A DNA stretch of 63,496 nucleotides, filler included, from Collodictyon triciliatum (Eukaryota): NCBI GenBank assembly GCA_043381765.1. It is 11 parts of 11 records of this genome, joined end to end, with 100 filler letters (N's around TTAATTAATTAA, not from the genome) between each part and the next. Parts side by side here need not be neighbours in the genome. Positions count along the whole stretch, not along the records: positions 41,361 to 47,162 come from JBHJMP010004930.1; positions 47,263 to 53,064 come from JBHJMP010004931.1; positions 53,165 to 58,965 come from JBHJMP010004932.1; positions 59,066 to 63,496 come from JBHJMP010004933.1; 7 more parts are not named here. One strand, given 5' to 3'. Below, in pieces: positions 44,501 to 63,309 of the stretch. Every line of letters starts with the position of its first letter. The stretch's first letter is position 1. Below the pieces are notes generated by a model, which saw only the letters and a program-made list of their open reading frames with translations, did not search any database and was not told the origin of the DNA. The translations under genes were made by a program, and so were the position numbers.

Positions 44501-46855
44501 TATGTCAATAAAAGATAAACTATTGACATGTGACATTACCAGAGAAATATTTGATAGAGATCGTAATTCTTGGTCTTTAGTAATAGCTGGAGAGGCCCCT
44601 GGTTCTGCCAAGGTGAAGACATTCCAATTATTAGAAAAAAATACATCGCAATATCAAAAGAAGAAAAACCTGATTGTGGTACCATGGAAGATTTCCTAGG
44701 TGATATATTGTCGGTGTAACAGGTGTTAGTGTTGTCAAGAACAGATGGTGCTGTTTGTCCTATACTCACTTTTGACTCCACATCTTCAAAGTATGTCCAA
44801 TTTGTTGTGCTGTCGTCTATTTCATCACTGTCTCCATCAGAATCAATAATAATTATACGAGCGGGAGCTTTGAATTTTGGAGGATTTGATACTTTAAGAT
44901 TGTCTCGGGACTTTTGTATACTGGCAGTAGTATGTGTTTTTAATGCTTCGCCTTCTTGTCTATGCCTTATGGGTGACATAGCATTAATTTTTGATTTCAT
45001 CGGAGATGATGGAATATGACTATCAAGTGCTGCTCCATTAGCTATTGTGCTTTGTGCTGATACAAAAGTGGAATTAACTTCTTTTTCACTTCCACTGTCT
45101 TCTATAATCGTTACATGGGTCGAAATAGATGAAGCTATATCTCCCTGGTTGTTATTGCTTAGATTTTGTACCCCTTTAGAATTAGGTATGACCTTTTTAG
45201 TCGAAAAATGGGTGTGAGCGTCCGTTCTCTTTTTCAAAATGAAATCAGTCCTCAACTGCTTATTAATTGATGACTCCCTGGTCTGTTTTTCTTGCAAGGA
45301 TGGGAAAGCATCGCTCGCGATCGTGTCTCGAAAACATATGGGTACTCCATTTTGATATATTGTCGGTGTTTTGGAGCTGTTTGCGCCCGTTGTTTCGATT
45401 GTCTCATCTTGCTTACGCTTACTCCCAATTTTATCAGAGGCTGAGTGTGAGTAAGGACGTATTGTTGATGAATATTCCACCGGTGAAGACTGTGGTTTCT
45501 GTGTAAGTTAAGGATATAATTGTACAAAACTGCGCATACTTGACTGGGTTTTAAAATGGAAAAAAAAGTGAACAAAGTTAAAATAACCCATCAGGAAAGT
45601 TAAAAGTGTTACAAGGAGGAAAATGAAAATATCTATGAAAAAAAAAGGAAATAGAATATATATAAGTGTCAAGTATTTATTTGGATTCACCAGAGGTTAA
45701 TTTTACTTGAGGATAACTTATCAATGTCATTTTGATATCTTGTAAATATATGATTGACATGATTTAACAGAAAAATGCAACGATTTTTCCTTTATTGAAT
45801 AGTTTACTTTGCATTGATCTTGGTGATATTTATTGCAATTTATTTCGATAAAGGCAAATAAAATGTTTAAAAAAAACCTTAAATATTTTAGAAGTATGGA
45901 AGCCAGGCCTTCCATCTTGGAGACCTTTGTCTACCTGGTGAGAAAAGCTTGATAGATGATTATCTTTACCTCTTGACATATCTAGATTTATTAAGTCGTT
46001 TTAACTGAACCAAGTCAAATTGATAATTATTTATTTTATAAAGTTGTTTTAACAAACAAAAAAAATATTAATATCATTCTTGTTGGATGTATTATGGCTA
46101 ATTTATTAGATTTTATCACTTTTTTTTTCGTTTTTTATTTGAAGTATCAAAAAATGTGCGAGAGAAATAAATTATGAATGCCACAACTTAATCTTCTTCA
46201 GAAACAACAAACCCGAACGAAACGACTCCTTTGGTTGCGATGAAAGAGAACCTCGAGTGCGCTGGTCTCCAACATCATCAGCATCGCTTCGATGCCGCTC
46301 TGCGTGTCTCACAGTGGAAGGTTGCCTAGCAGTTGAGAGCTGACCCTTTCCGTTCGTCATCGTAGAGCAAGAGTCGGAGTCTATGGAGGCCTTCGGTATC
46401 GCAGATGGTCTTTGTGGGTTGGTTATTCTTTGAGACGAAATGACTGGAGAAGCGCGCGGGCTGGCCGAGGACACACTCCCCGCATGATGCAGAGATGCCG
46501 TCGAGTTTGGTGCAGCCGTGTTCTCAAAGAGATTGCCTTTGGCCGAGACCAAAAAGATCCCTGTGGTGGTGGACTGCATGTGTTGGATTTTGCCCATCAG
46601 TTTGATGAGCCCCGTAAGCATGCGCTTGAGGCAGTTGTATTGATCAGGACTGTGAAGGATGTGCTGCGCCACGACCAACAAAGACGAGCGGACGTGCTTC
46701 GGGACACAGGATACCCTTTGTTTGTCCTCAAAGATGTTGTTGACGAGCTCCTGCAAAGCCTCATCGTACGGCCGGCTGGGTGCTTGCACAACAATCTGCC
46801 TCCTTGGGCGGGTTTGCGTAGGCTGCTCGATGGTCACGTCCGAATCCGAGCTCAT
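41532..46855 (-). CDS. Large multi-exon protein with C2H2-like zinc finger; possible divergent SUZ12/EMF2 (VEFS-box) protein; 3' end truncated
   Basis: Coding status clear from long exons (46855 to about 46213; about 45498-44684) and phase-consistent splicing. Exon 42478-42582 gives FVCKICNSKFTGEILSHYQKH. SUZ12 identity is tentative (see findings). Confidence 0.6.
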
Positions 46856-48418
46856 CGGGGGCTCTTCTGAAGCAGCGCCTTGTGTTTTGCGCACGCTTTG
46901 TAGGATCCACAGAGAAGCTAGTGCGGAAGTGGGATCGTAAAGGGTCCGGGTTTAATGTGCGGAAAGGCTCCTGCGCTGATTTCAATCTGATTGATGCGGC
47001 GGTACAAAGGGAGTGTGCAACGAGCGGACGTTTTTGTTTATTTTTGTGATTTTTTTTGTTTTTTTGTTTTTGTTTTTTTTGTTTTTTTTGTTTTTTTTGT
47101 TTTTTTTGTTTTTTTGTTTTTTTGTTTTTTTGTTTTTTTGTTTTTTTGTTTTTTTTTTTTTTNNNNNNNNNNNNNNNNNNNNNNNNNNNNNNNNNNNNNN
47201 NNNNNNTTAATTAATTAANNNNNNNNNNNNNNNNNNNNNNNNNNNNNNNNNNNNNNNNNNNNGAATGTTTGAAACCTTTCACAATTATCGGACGTAAAAG
47301 GATTTCAGAAGAAAAAATATAATCACACGCTCTCGGTTACTTTTGATAGCCAAGAGTGTTTGGATGAGATAGACTCTGGTAACTAAATAATGCAAAATCT
47401 TAACAAAAAATGGTTCAGTTTATTTGCACCATGAAAGGTAAAGGCAAAATCAGCGACTCCATATACTTGCTTGTTGATTTTGTGTGTCAATAAAGAGAAT
47501 AAGCTCCTGGTTCGATGCGCTGATTACGAGTTTATCGGCATATTCTAAAAGTACGACATTTACGAAGGCGTCATCGGACTGGAACATCCAACAAGATTCG
47601 AAGCCTAGAGGCATATATTCCGAGCCTCATATGGTATTATGGTGTCTGTGAAAACAAAAGTGAGATAATACGTCCTTAAGTTTCATAATGCAGTTCAACA
47701 CAAGATTATCCTGGAATGTTGTCATGGGTGCCTGCTTTGGAAATAACAGCATATTATTGTATTATACATCACAAATTCTTGGCACATATTTGTTTCTTCT
47801 TTCATCTCTTATTTAAAACACTTATTTGTTGTATTTAAAATTGAAAATATTGAAAATAAAAAGTTATAACACATTTCCGCAACAAGTCCTTTATGTTAAG
47901 AGTAAAATAAGATATATAAACATAAAAAAGTCAACGCATAGTGCCTTCATTTTTTTTTTGTCAATTTTGTTGATTTTAAAAACTGTTCTTTTTTTTTTTT
48001 TAATTATCTGCGCAATTAACCAACTTAAATATGAATTCTTTGATTATTTATCAACGTGGGCTGTGAAAATCTGTGCCGTTGAGGACAACGCTTTTTATTC
48101 TGGCGGTTTAAATGATTTTTTGCTTCATTACATCAGTTTATTGAAAGGAAACAGAGCCGAAAAAAATACACTCCTTTCAAGTTACATTCACGCCATATTG
48201 AGTGCCCCTAAATAACAAAAAAAATATCATGTCCCACAGAAGTTAAATATACTTCTTGGCTGATGATGAAGAATCAAGAAACCCATCACCCACAAAGATT
48301 AATATAAAAACAAAGTCAAAAAGAGAGAAAATAGAATCAAAAAATTAATAAACAATGCCATACTCCACACAATAAGTGCATTTTTTGGTGGCTTTGTGCA
48401 CAAAGAGAGAAAGGAAAC

Positions 48419-49300
48419 CTCATTCCCTCGAAAAGTGAGTTGCGTAAGATTCGTAAGATATTCTATTTCCCCCGGGATTTTAACAAAACAATTATGATCA
48501 AATGCCAGCATATACAAGGACGTCATCCTCGACAACACTCGCGGGAATTCTCTCAATTGATTGTGCTCTAACCTCAAAGCTCTTAAACTTGCTAGGGCCC
48601 GTATTGCGTCCGGTATTCCTGACAATGCGTTGTGACATATACTGAGTTCCTTTAGATTCACCAGCACTGATATGTTATTCGGCAACACGGTGAGGCAATT
48701 ATGGTCCAAGCGGAGGGTATATATTCTCGTAGGGTTTAAAACATCATCAAAGCCGATTGAGGAGAGGACATTATTAGACAAGCACATGTTCCCCAGAACT
48801 GTCCAAGCCTTCAAAACCTCTGGTAAATGACTCAACTTATTGCTGTGCAGACTCACAAACCCCATGTTACTCAGACGAGAGAGTCTTTTTGATAAACTGT
48901 CCAGTTTATTGCCATTCAGCTCCATCCAATCCAAACTCGCCAGCAACGACAGCCCGTCAGGCAATGACTCCAGTCGATTTCTAGCTGGCCCCATGAAAGT
49001 CAGCCGCAGCAGCCTTGATACAATACACGGCAACAAAGTCAGCTCATTAGAGCCAAGCTGAAGTCTGCGTAGATTTTTCAGAGACGAGAAGTCGGCTGGA
49101 ATAGAGCTCAGTTGGTTTTGGCTTAAAGAAAGCTCGCAAAAGTTGGTAAGAAGGATGATTCCTTCGGGTACTACTGTCAGCCATTTGCCATCGAGACTAA
49201 GTGCAGTACTATTGACGATACTTCCATCACCACCGCTTGTTTGTGGCACGCGTTCCTGGACTCCTTCAAGTAGAGCTTGGCGACTAACTTGGTTTCCCAT
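48419..49300 (-). CDS. Leucine-rich-repeat protein, first exon (about 11-12 23-aa LRRs) with N-myristoylation motif; downstream exons toward about 47450 unresolved
   Basis: MGNQVS start (MGxxxS); repeats such as LSSIPADFSSLKNLRRLQLGSNE and LTVLPNNISVLVNLKELSICHNA; GT donor at 48418. Confidence 0.88.
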
Positions 49301-49681
49301 CAACAGCGGCTTTCCTTTCTATTCCTTTCCTTTCTTTTTTTATGTTCCTCCTTTCACGCTTCCTTCTTTTGTTCCGTTCCACCTGCTTCAAGTGTCCTTA
49401 GTAGGCTGCTCTTCTGCTTCACTATTGTTCTTACTCGTCAGTGCCTCCCCTGTATCGTGATATCTTTGCCTCTCAGCGCAGCTTTTTTAACAACATTTTT
49501 TTCAAGTTCAAAAAGGAAAAAGAGAAAATTAACAGGGGTTTGTTTCTGTGGCGCGTACATCAAAAATAAAATAAGGGTCGTTTATTCATCCTGACATCTA
49601 AACAGAATTGCAGCCACCAAAGAACGAAGAAGCGGGCAACAAGAGCGTGCTTGATTGACGTGGGGTACTTCTTTCTTTTCT

Positions 49682-52600
49682 TCAAACAAGTGGGTTTATA
49701 TCTGTCAGGTCTGCGATATTGAAGGCAAGGCCAACCAGAAATGTCAAGACACCCGCGATAATCATAAAGATGTTCAGATAGCGAGTTCGGTCGGACATTT
49801 CGTGACCTCTTAATTCGAGGTAGAAAAGGCACGGGAAAATCTGTTTGGTAGTTGAATAATGTTTGTGGATATTGGAGTGCGAGTTTGGAGAAGCAAGTAT
49901 GATATGATTGCGACATGATAATGATTATTATTATTATTATTATTATTTTATTTTTATTGCAAATAAACTAATTCCAATGGTTTTCTATAATTTGGATTGC
50001 TTTCTGATGTCGCTATAGTTGCTTTTATGTTTATCATACCAGTGAAGTAAGAACCGCAAATGCATATCCAATCATCGATATCAGACGTTCCAGGTCGGTC
50101 ACCTATGATTAGGTTATTTTTTGGGGAGATTGATTTTGCACTCTGCAATCTCTTTTTCATAATCTAATTGAAAAATCACATACATAGGTTTCATAAGAGA
50201 CTAAATATGATAGAAAGCACCGCTATGAAACTTGCCACACACCAAGAAACAAAGAGCGCCACTAAGCATAACCATTACAGAGCGAACAATGATGCCACGG
50301 ATTCCAACAAACGATACGAATGAGAGCGTTCGACTCTGAAGGAACCTTTCGGTCTGAGGGTTCGATTAGTCTAGAAGGTGAAACAGAAGCTGCAAACACA
50401 GACTTTGTAATACAAACAAGTATTCTTAAAAGAAAGATAATGTTGAAGATGAATGTAAGGGCCAAACCACGAGAGCTATGGGCGATATGTAAATACTGTA
50501 AGTGACGCTCAGAGCTATAATCATCACCGAGGCAATCGCCCGACGAATGTAATAATTGGACACTTCGATGATGACAGTGTCTTGTAATTCACCGTAGATT
50601 GTGAAACTCAGTATCCCGGTTACAAGATACAAGGTAGTGACAAATCCATAGCTTGTGTTTACAACCCAGTGGTAATCCTCTTTGTTCTTCATGCTGGTGT
50701 AGAGAGACGGGAGCTGTTGTGTAGCGAGAATTAAGAAAATATTGGAAATAGTTTTGATTGCAAATTCGTAGAGTAAGCCATGGAAAGTAGCCAATGGAAA
50801 CACTAAGATAAAGAATCGGAGGGTCTACCATGTCTGAAATTTATTAGTCGATAAGTTTTAGGAAGGAAAAATGGATTCATATTATTATTTCACTCACAAT
50901 CGCATGACCTGTAAGCTGTTGATCAAGTTTGGAGCGAAATATAGGCACACGAAATAGAGGGGTAAAAGAAGGCATGTTAGTTTCGAAAATAAAAGTAGTA
51001 ACAAAATTGAATCTTTCTTTTCTTCACATAATTACGAGAAGCTAGGAAGCAATATGAATTGAAAGGATTATTTGAGTATTCTTTTTTGACGCACAGAAAG
51101 ATAAACGATGCCAGCAGCTATAGGAAGCTCTTTAAGTCTGATAAATTCTCTGTCTACATCAGCTACACCGCCAATAAGTCCATCCACAGCTATCATGACT
51201 ATCTACAACAAGACAAAGTCAGAAAAGATGGATGGTGAATAAATTCAAATAAAATTATGATTTAAAGGACTTGAAGACAGTGCAAAAAAAAAATAGGTAA
51301 AAGAGTTGTGCAATGATTTAAGAGACATATTTATTGATGCTAAAATAGACCAGAATCAGAGTGCTCACAACCCCAACAAAGCTATATAAATCATGTGTTA
51401 TGTAAGTATCCCACGATGCAATACGCTCCGTGCAAATTTCATAACAGGATAAAGAAAACAAAGTCAGGCAAAAGTTTACATGATGAAAGAATGATATCGA
51501 CTTATAATTCGACACCTGAAAAACGAAAGCTTCTGAAAACTCCAAAACCAAGACAGTGGCAGCATTGCACATGTACATATGATTATCCAAATATTCAGAG
51601 AGTAGTGTTCAAACAGATCTCGAAAAACAGTAGCTACAAAATGAGGTTAGAGTTTGTTTTTTAAGGTTGTTTGGTAATCATTATATATATATATATAAAA
51701 GGACATATTATCGATACTAACACCATAATGATAACGAAATGCGTAAGAAGAAAAAAAGCTGCCATAATTTAGAACAAATTAAATATGAATGCTCTGGGTT
51801 TATTACCAATTAAGAGGATGATTATGGAGCAGACACTAAATAGCTGAAAGTAAACTACAAAATTAACAATCTGCCGACCAAATGTGCCATATGCTTCCTC
51901 TCCAACATCAGCGTATCTTGACAAAACAAAAACAAAAACAAAAAAATAGAAAAAAAGGAAACAAAAAAATCACTGAAACGGAGAAGATTTGATAATAGTA
52001 TAATTGATTATGGATGCAGAGTACGCAATCCACTATTTTGAAGGTAGGTATGAAATGAGGCAGCGCTGTCTTGCTATCACTTAGAATAAAATAAACATGT
52101 AAACAGAGCTCCTTACTCTCTCAAAAGGCGATGCCCACGCTTGCGGCGATATGATAGCCCGTATCCGATTGTGTGCGCTGTGTAGGTAACCACACCAGCC
52201 AAAATGACAATCACAACTGCAGTTGACCATCCAAGAGCACTGAAGGCAAAGGGGAGGGAAAGCTTTGGAAGTTAAGAAGTAATGGTTTATTAGTTTGATT
52301 ATTATTATTGCCAAAACGATTTTAACATTTTTTTAATGCAATCGAGCAACCAAAAAATGGTCAAACAAATGAAATGAAAGAAATTTTTCATAATTTACAT
52401 AAATATGTATATGTATATGTTAGTAAATGGTTACGAAAGCAGGGCCGATGATAGCATTCGTCATGTTTAACAAAGCCTGCCACGTAGAACAGGTGCCCTC
52501 CGCTGTAATGAACCCCAAATATGGTTTGTGCAGGGTGAGTTAGAGTCAATAAACAAAGAAATCAGATGTTAAATTATAGAAAAATAAAAGGAAAGGAAAT

Positions 52601-52851
52601 GAAAAAGAAAAAGAAACGAAAAGAAAAGAAAAGAAAAGAAAAGAAAAGAAATGAAATGAAAATGAAAAAGAAAAGAAAATGAAAAGATATTTCAACCACG
52701 TCCACTCACACGAGGGAGCACCCATCAAAGGGACATCCTCTCCGTCCTCGTCATCATTCAGTGGCGCTCTTTCTCGTCGCAGTTGTGGATCCTCCAGCAA
52801 TGAGGAATACTGGGCTTCTCTAATCATCGGTGCGATTTGGAGCGGCTGCAT
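49682..52851 (-). CDS. Amino acid transporter, Aa_trans/AAAP family (AVT1-like vacuolar/lysosomal), complete multi-exon gene
   Basis: TCSTWQALLNMTNAIIGPAF|LSLPFAFSALGW; EYADVGEEAYGTFGR; LPSLYTSMKNKEDY; LISMIGYAFAVLTSL|IFPCLFYLEL; N-terminal acidic dileucine-like EDVPLM; stop 49682-49684. Start may be 52851 or 52827. Confidence 0.9.
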
Positions 52852-53164
52852 CAACTGCGAAAAAAAGTGTCCGCCTGCACAAGTAAAAGAAAGACTCCGG
52901 CTTAGACGGCACACTATAAAAGACACGTAAGCAGGGAACATTGATGCGCCTTTTTATCTTTTATCTTTTGTCTTTTTGTCTTTTTGTCTTTTTGTCTTTT
53001 TGTCTTTTTGTCTTTTTGTCTTTTTGTCTTTTTGTCTTTTTGTCTTTTTGTCTTTTTGTCTTTTNNNNNNNNNNNNNNNNNNNNNNNNNNNNNNNNNNNN
53101 NNNNNNNNTTAATTAATTAANNNNNNNNNNNNNNNNNNNNNNNNNNNNNNNNNNNNNNNNNNNN

Positions 53165-53259
<95 letters not shown>

Positions 53260-53356
53260 GATTCCACCATCCTGCACAAAATTGAAAGGAAGAATAAAAA
53301 AAGAATAATAAAAAGTTGCAAGGGTAGTATTCATACAACAATCTTGGCAGAATAGG

Positions 53357-58485
<5,129 letters not shown>

Positions 58486-58798
58486 GAAGCAAGCAAATAA
58501 ATTTCAAACCCACGCTGCAACACCCTGGTCTTCTGGTTGCTCGTCTTCTAAAGCCTCAATGGCTGCATGCACCAAAGAAAGTCAAGAGTACGCCTCAAAA
58601 TTTATTTATTTTTATTTGAAAAGAATAATAATTTAATAGGCATCTCTGTTGGGCACGAGGAGCTATTTCCCTTTCTCTTTTAAACGATTACATAATCCGC
58701 TTATTCATTTCAGATGCAAGGAAAAAGAAGATTGACGTATGAATAAAAGCTTCGAAAGCTAAAGGAAAATAAAGAGATAAAAAAAAAGAAAAAAAAAG

Positions 58799-58965
<167 letters not shown>

Positions 58966-59493
58966 NNNNNNNNNNNNNNNNNNNNNNNNNNNNNNNNNNN
59001 NNNNNNNNNTTAATTAATTAANNNNNNNNNNNNNNNNNNNNNNNNNNNNNNNNNNNNNNNNNNNNAAAAAAACATAAAAAAACATAAAAAAACATAAAAA
59101 AACATAAAAAAACATAAAAAAACATAAAAAAACATAAAAAAACATAATAAAAATAATAAAACATCATAACAAAACATAACAATTACACAACAATTACACA
59201 ACAATTACACAACAATTACACAACAATTAGACATTTGCGGCCCATTTCGTTTGTTGCACACCATTCGCAAGAAATTTGCTGATTGTTTATTTTTTTTTCG
59301 GATTGAAATCAAGGAAGCAAACAAAACCTCTAACGATCAAAGCCCAACGCGTATTATTAATATTCTCTCACTGCTGTTCCGTCAGGGAGAAACCGGCCAC
59401 AAACTAAACAATAATTACCGCCTCCTCGTATTCAATTGCTGCGTAGTCTCGTCTCGCCTGCATAGAAAATCTCTGTTAGACGCGATCAGCAGT

Positions 59494-60960
59494 ATGAACT
59501 ACGCCGTGTGGGCCTACCGCATCACTCTCTTCCAACTTGTAAGTGTCAGTCGATTTTCATCGCACCGCGCAACCCTGTTTTATTTCCTTTCTTCTCTATT
59601 GGCAGACCTCACTAGGTATTTTCCCACGGCAGAACAAATATATATATATATATTTTAAATTGCACTTCCTGCGGTGAATAATTTATCTGGGAATATTTGT
59701 TGTGTTGCTGATTAGGTCGTCGCTATTGGTGGAAGCCTCGCTGAGGACGGAGCGAGCTATAATGTTGGCCTCTTTGTGCTTGGGTTGTGGGCCATTGAAT
59801 CCGGAAAGGCCGATCCGTCGCTTATTGTAAACATGAAATACAAGGACACAAACACAAAAGCCCATATAATTTTTTTTTGGCGCTCTATTACGCTCGCCAA
59901 CAATGATTATTTTATACGAATTATCCTAATTAATGTTCTTTTCCCTGATAAAACGGCTAGTATGTAGGCATGATCTTTATCACTCTTATTTTTGACTGGG
60001 TCTGGCTTGGTGTTTACGCTGACGATATCATCGATGCTGACGGTGGAAATAAATTTGCACGCACCTCGAAGTTCTCCCTTACGTATGTTAATGGTTGTTT
60101 TCATTCCTTGCCCTTCTCTCATGTCGCCACGTTGTTGTCAACGTGAATCCTTTGTTACGCAAACACAAACACACTTAGTTTTCAAGAGCACAACTTAACA
60201 CACTAACGAGATACTTTTATAATTTTTTTCTTAAAACTTTGAACTTTAATCCACCGAAAGGAAAAACACACAAAATAAAATAAACAATACATTTATGTCC
60301 TCTTCGTGCTGGAAACTTATCAATTTTTTCATAAATAATTTATCTACAGAATGACTATAATTGGGCACGTTATTAAGGTATTCCGCACATGAAGTATAGA
60401 TACGAAGCAAATTATATATACACGTCAAAATTTTTTTTAAAGCAGACATACTATTCCCTCTGCAACCACAGCGGATTATGTCTGTATTAATCACCTCTAC
60501 TAAAAAATGAATACATCGATAAACAATACGACAGCCCATCACGAGCTCTTTCACTTACTTTGTCTTCCGTGAACGCCAAGAAAATCCCGAATTTTCTGGA
60601 AATGGTACATCTTTTGCCGTATTTATCAGAGATGTAGTTACATAGACCTCGCCTCGTGAAGTATTTAATATAATAAATTATATACTGAACACATCTTCTT
60701 GTAGCCAACCAATACGAACACACCGAGCCTGCTCCTGCTCCCAGTGCTCCGGCTGCAGACGGTATGATTTTCCAATACAGGCTCGCCCAACATATCTAAC
60801 ATAAAAACATGGGACCGATACTCTATTGCATTTATTCGTACCGGATAATCGGTGCAATCAGACCTTTTAGGAATATACCCACATATAAGCAGTAGCCATA
60901 ATAGAAAAATCAACTTGTTAATTATAATGTTTTATAGCACAATATTCTGGCTTTGCATAA
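59494..60960 (+). CDS. AGTRAP-like small multi-pass membrane protein, copy 1 (7 exons)
   Basis: MNYAVWAYRITLFQL|VVAIGGSLAEDGASYNVGLFVLGLWAIESGKADPSLI|YVGMIFITLIFDWVWLGVYADDIIDADGGNKFARTSKFSLT|MTIIGHVIK|PITSSF...|AQYSGFA*. The N..LGLWA / D..W / KFSL.M.I...KP pattern resembles the AGTRAP family. Confidence 0.75.
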
Positions 60961-61661
60961 TGGGCCGGGCTGGGACTTCTCTCATCCCTAAAACTTCATG
61001 AAACGAAAATGCTCAAGGTCGAGATAAAAACTGATTTTCATCCCTCGCCCCTCACACAAACAAGGCTCTGATTTTCTATACACATTCTCTCTTTCTGTTT
61101 CCATTCCTTTCTCCCCTTCTGCAATTCTTCGCAGCCTGGGCTCCGCAATATCGTCCATAAACACGAAGCAGAGAACATAGGCATACGAATTAAAATGAGA
61201 ATGAAAATGAAAGAGAAAAGAAATGAAAATTAAGATTGGGTAAGACTGACCCGAGATTTGCTGTTGGCTCGAACTCGGCCCTTGTATACAAATACGGAAT
61301 TTCCATTCAGGCTGAATTCTAGGAATATGCATGTACGTAGAAAAGTCCCCAATACAGCTCATTGGACACATATATCTGGAATTTATTCATAAGTGGAAAA
61401 TATGGTTTCTTCGTCAACGAGCCAATCTAGACGCCACAATCAATCGGCACAACACAACGCAAAGCAACGCAGCAACACACGCCAACTCTGATCGAAGCAG
61501 GCTTCTGTGGGGCTGTTCGTTGAAAGAAGCTGCTCATTCTTTTACTAAATAAACTATGGCACTGAAAAGTTCAAACTCTCTCGCTCAAGTGGCAACACCT
61601 GGCCTCGCTTACTGATCAACCAATCGCAGGCTTTTTTTTTTTTTCCATCTTCACAACTACG

Positions 61662-63309
61662 ATGTTCTATCTCGAGTGGGGCATTCGACTCACGCTTCTG
61701 CAGTTGGTCGGTGATCTCTTCGTTTTGTCCAGTTTCTTGTAGCTTCGTCAATATACTCGCCGTTTCAGTCCGTATGGTCCCTGATGTGTGCTTCATGGCT
61801 TATTTTCTTTCTCCTGTGATCTAATGGAAACTGCCTTGCTATGCCGCAAACAGATTGTTGCCATCGCTGCTGGTGTAGGTTACCCGGCGGCGACCTTCAA
61901 TGTGGGAATTTTTGTTCTCGGGCTATGGGCATATTACTCTGACAAACCGCATCCTGTTGTGATGGTGACACACTATTCTTCTCTTCTCTTCCCTTTTTTT
62001 TTATTTTTTATTTTATTTTGTTGTTTATTTATTTATTTGTTGTTTTTGTTGTTGATCATTTGCTCTTCTCACGCTTGTCTATTTTAGTTGCAATTATCCT
62101 TTACTTAACATAGCTTTCGTTCGCTATTTTTTTTTCTAAATAAACCACTATATAATAGACGGGGTCTCTATTTTAACAAGACACAAAAATTATCGAATAT
62201 TAATTTAAAATAGCAGACGCATGTTTATCTTCCTCTATTGACCCCTTTAAAAAAATTATGATTGTGCCAAATATGCTCAAACTAACATGAATGGTCACAG
62301 TACATTGTGTTCTTGCTTATCACACTTGTCTTTGACTGGGTGTGGCTGGGCGTTTATGCCAAGGATATTATCGACGCAGACGGAAACACAAGATATAGCC
62401 GAACCGCAAAATTTTCTCTAGGGTAATATTATTTATTGTAATCTTGTTGATTAATGTTCGAAAATCCTTTTCCTTTCTTTTGCTTTTACGCGGCGAAGCA
62501 GTTTTCCCTGGCCGTCTCTCACCATAAATAAATAAATTAAAGTTACTTCATTATATTTAATAAACAAGACCCATCAAAACTTTGTGGAGCAATCCCAGCA
62601 TCCCCTTTTTTTTAAAAGAAAATGTCCTTTTAAACAACAAATATATCAGCATATTAATATGGAACTTACATATAGGATGACCATCATGGGTCACATCTTT
62701 AAGGTAAATTAAAACATTCATTTTTTCTTTGCGGATTCTTTTGGTTTAAATTGTGATGGAATAAACTGATATGTATATATTTTAGGTATATATATTATAT
62801 AAATATCACATGCTAGCGTAATTTACGTTGTATAAAAGATTGTCGAATAATAATAATAAAAAACACCGCCTCATATCTGTAGCCCTTGACAACAGGATTC
62901 ACTGTCATGCATATCAACGAGCAAGGAGGCTTCTCCAATTTCCTGTCATCCGGAAGTGAGTTCTATCCACAATAAAACTGTATTTGCCCCGTCAAACACC
63001 AGTACATATCGCAATCATCCACGGTTGAAAACCTGTCTCATATATGTATTCACAAAACCCAGGTGAACCCGCACCCAACTACGACCATCCACCCCAACCA
63101 GCGAGCACTGCCGACGGTATGACTATCATCAATCCACTACATCCCAGATATTCCTCTCTTTTCAATTTTGCTTCATTTCCATAACTGTCCCGCTAACCCA
63201 AAAAACCAATGTCGTTTGCATCACACTCCCACACAAAATCACCGTTGTTATCTCCATTCAACCGTACTAATCTCAATCGCATTCAGCTCAATACTCGTCG
63301 TTCTCATAA
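61662..63309 (+). CDS. AGTRAP-like small multi-pass membrane protein, copy 2 (7 exons)
   Basis: MFYLEWGIRLTLLQL|IVAIAAGVGYPAATFNVGIFVLGLWAYYSDKPHPVVM|YIVFLLITLVFDWVWLGVYAKDIIDADGNTRYSRTAKFSLG|MTIMGHIFK|PLTTGF...|AQYSSFS*; same intron positions and phases as copy 1. Confidence 0.75.

Noticed and set aside
35769-46855. Joining the two minus-strand partial genes across linker 41261-41360 into one protein
   Set aside because: Contig order reflects length, not genomic adjacency.
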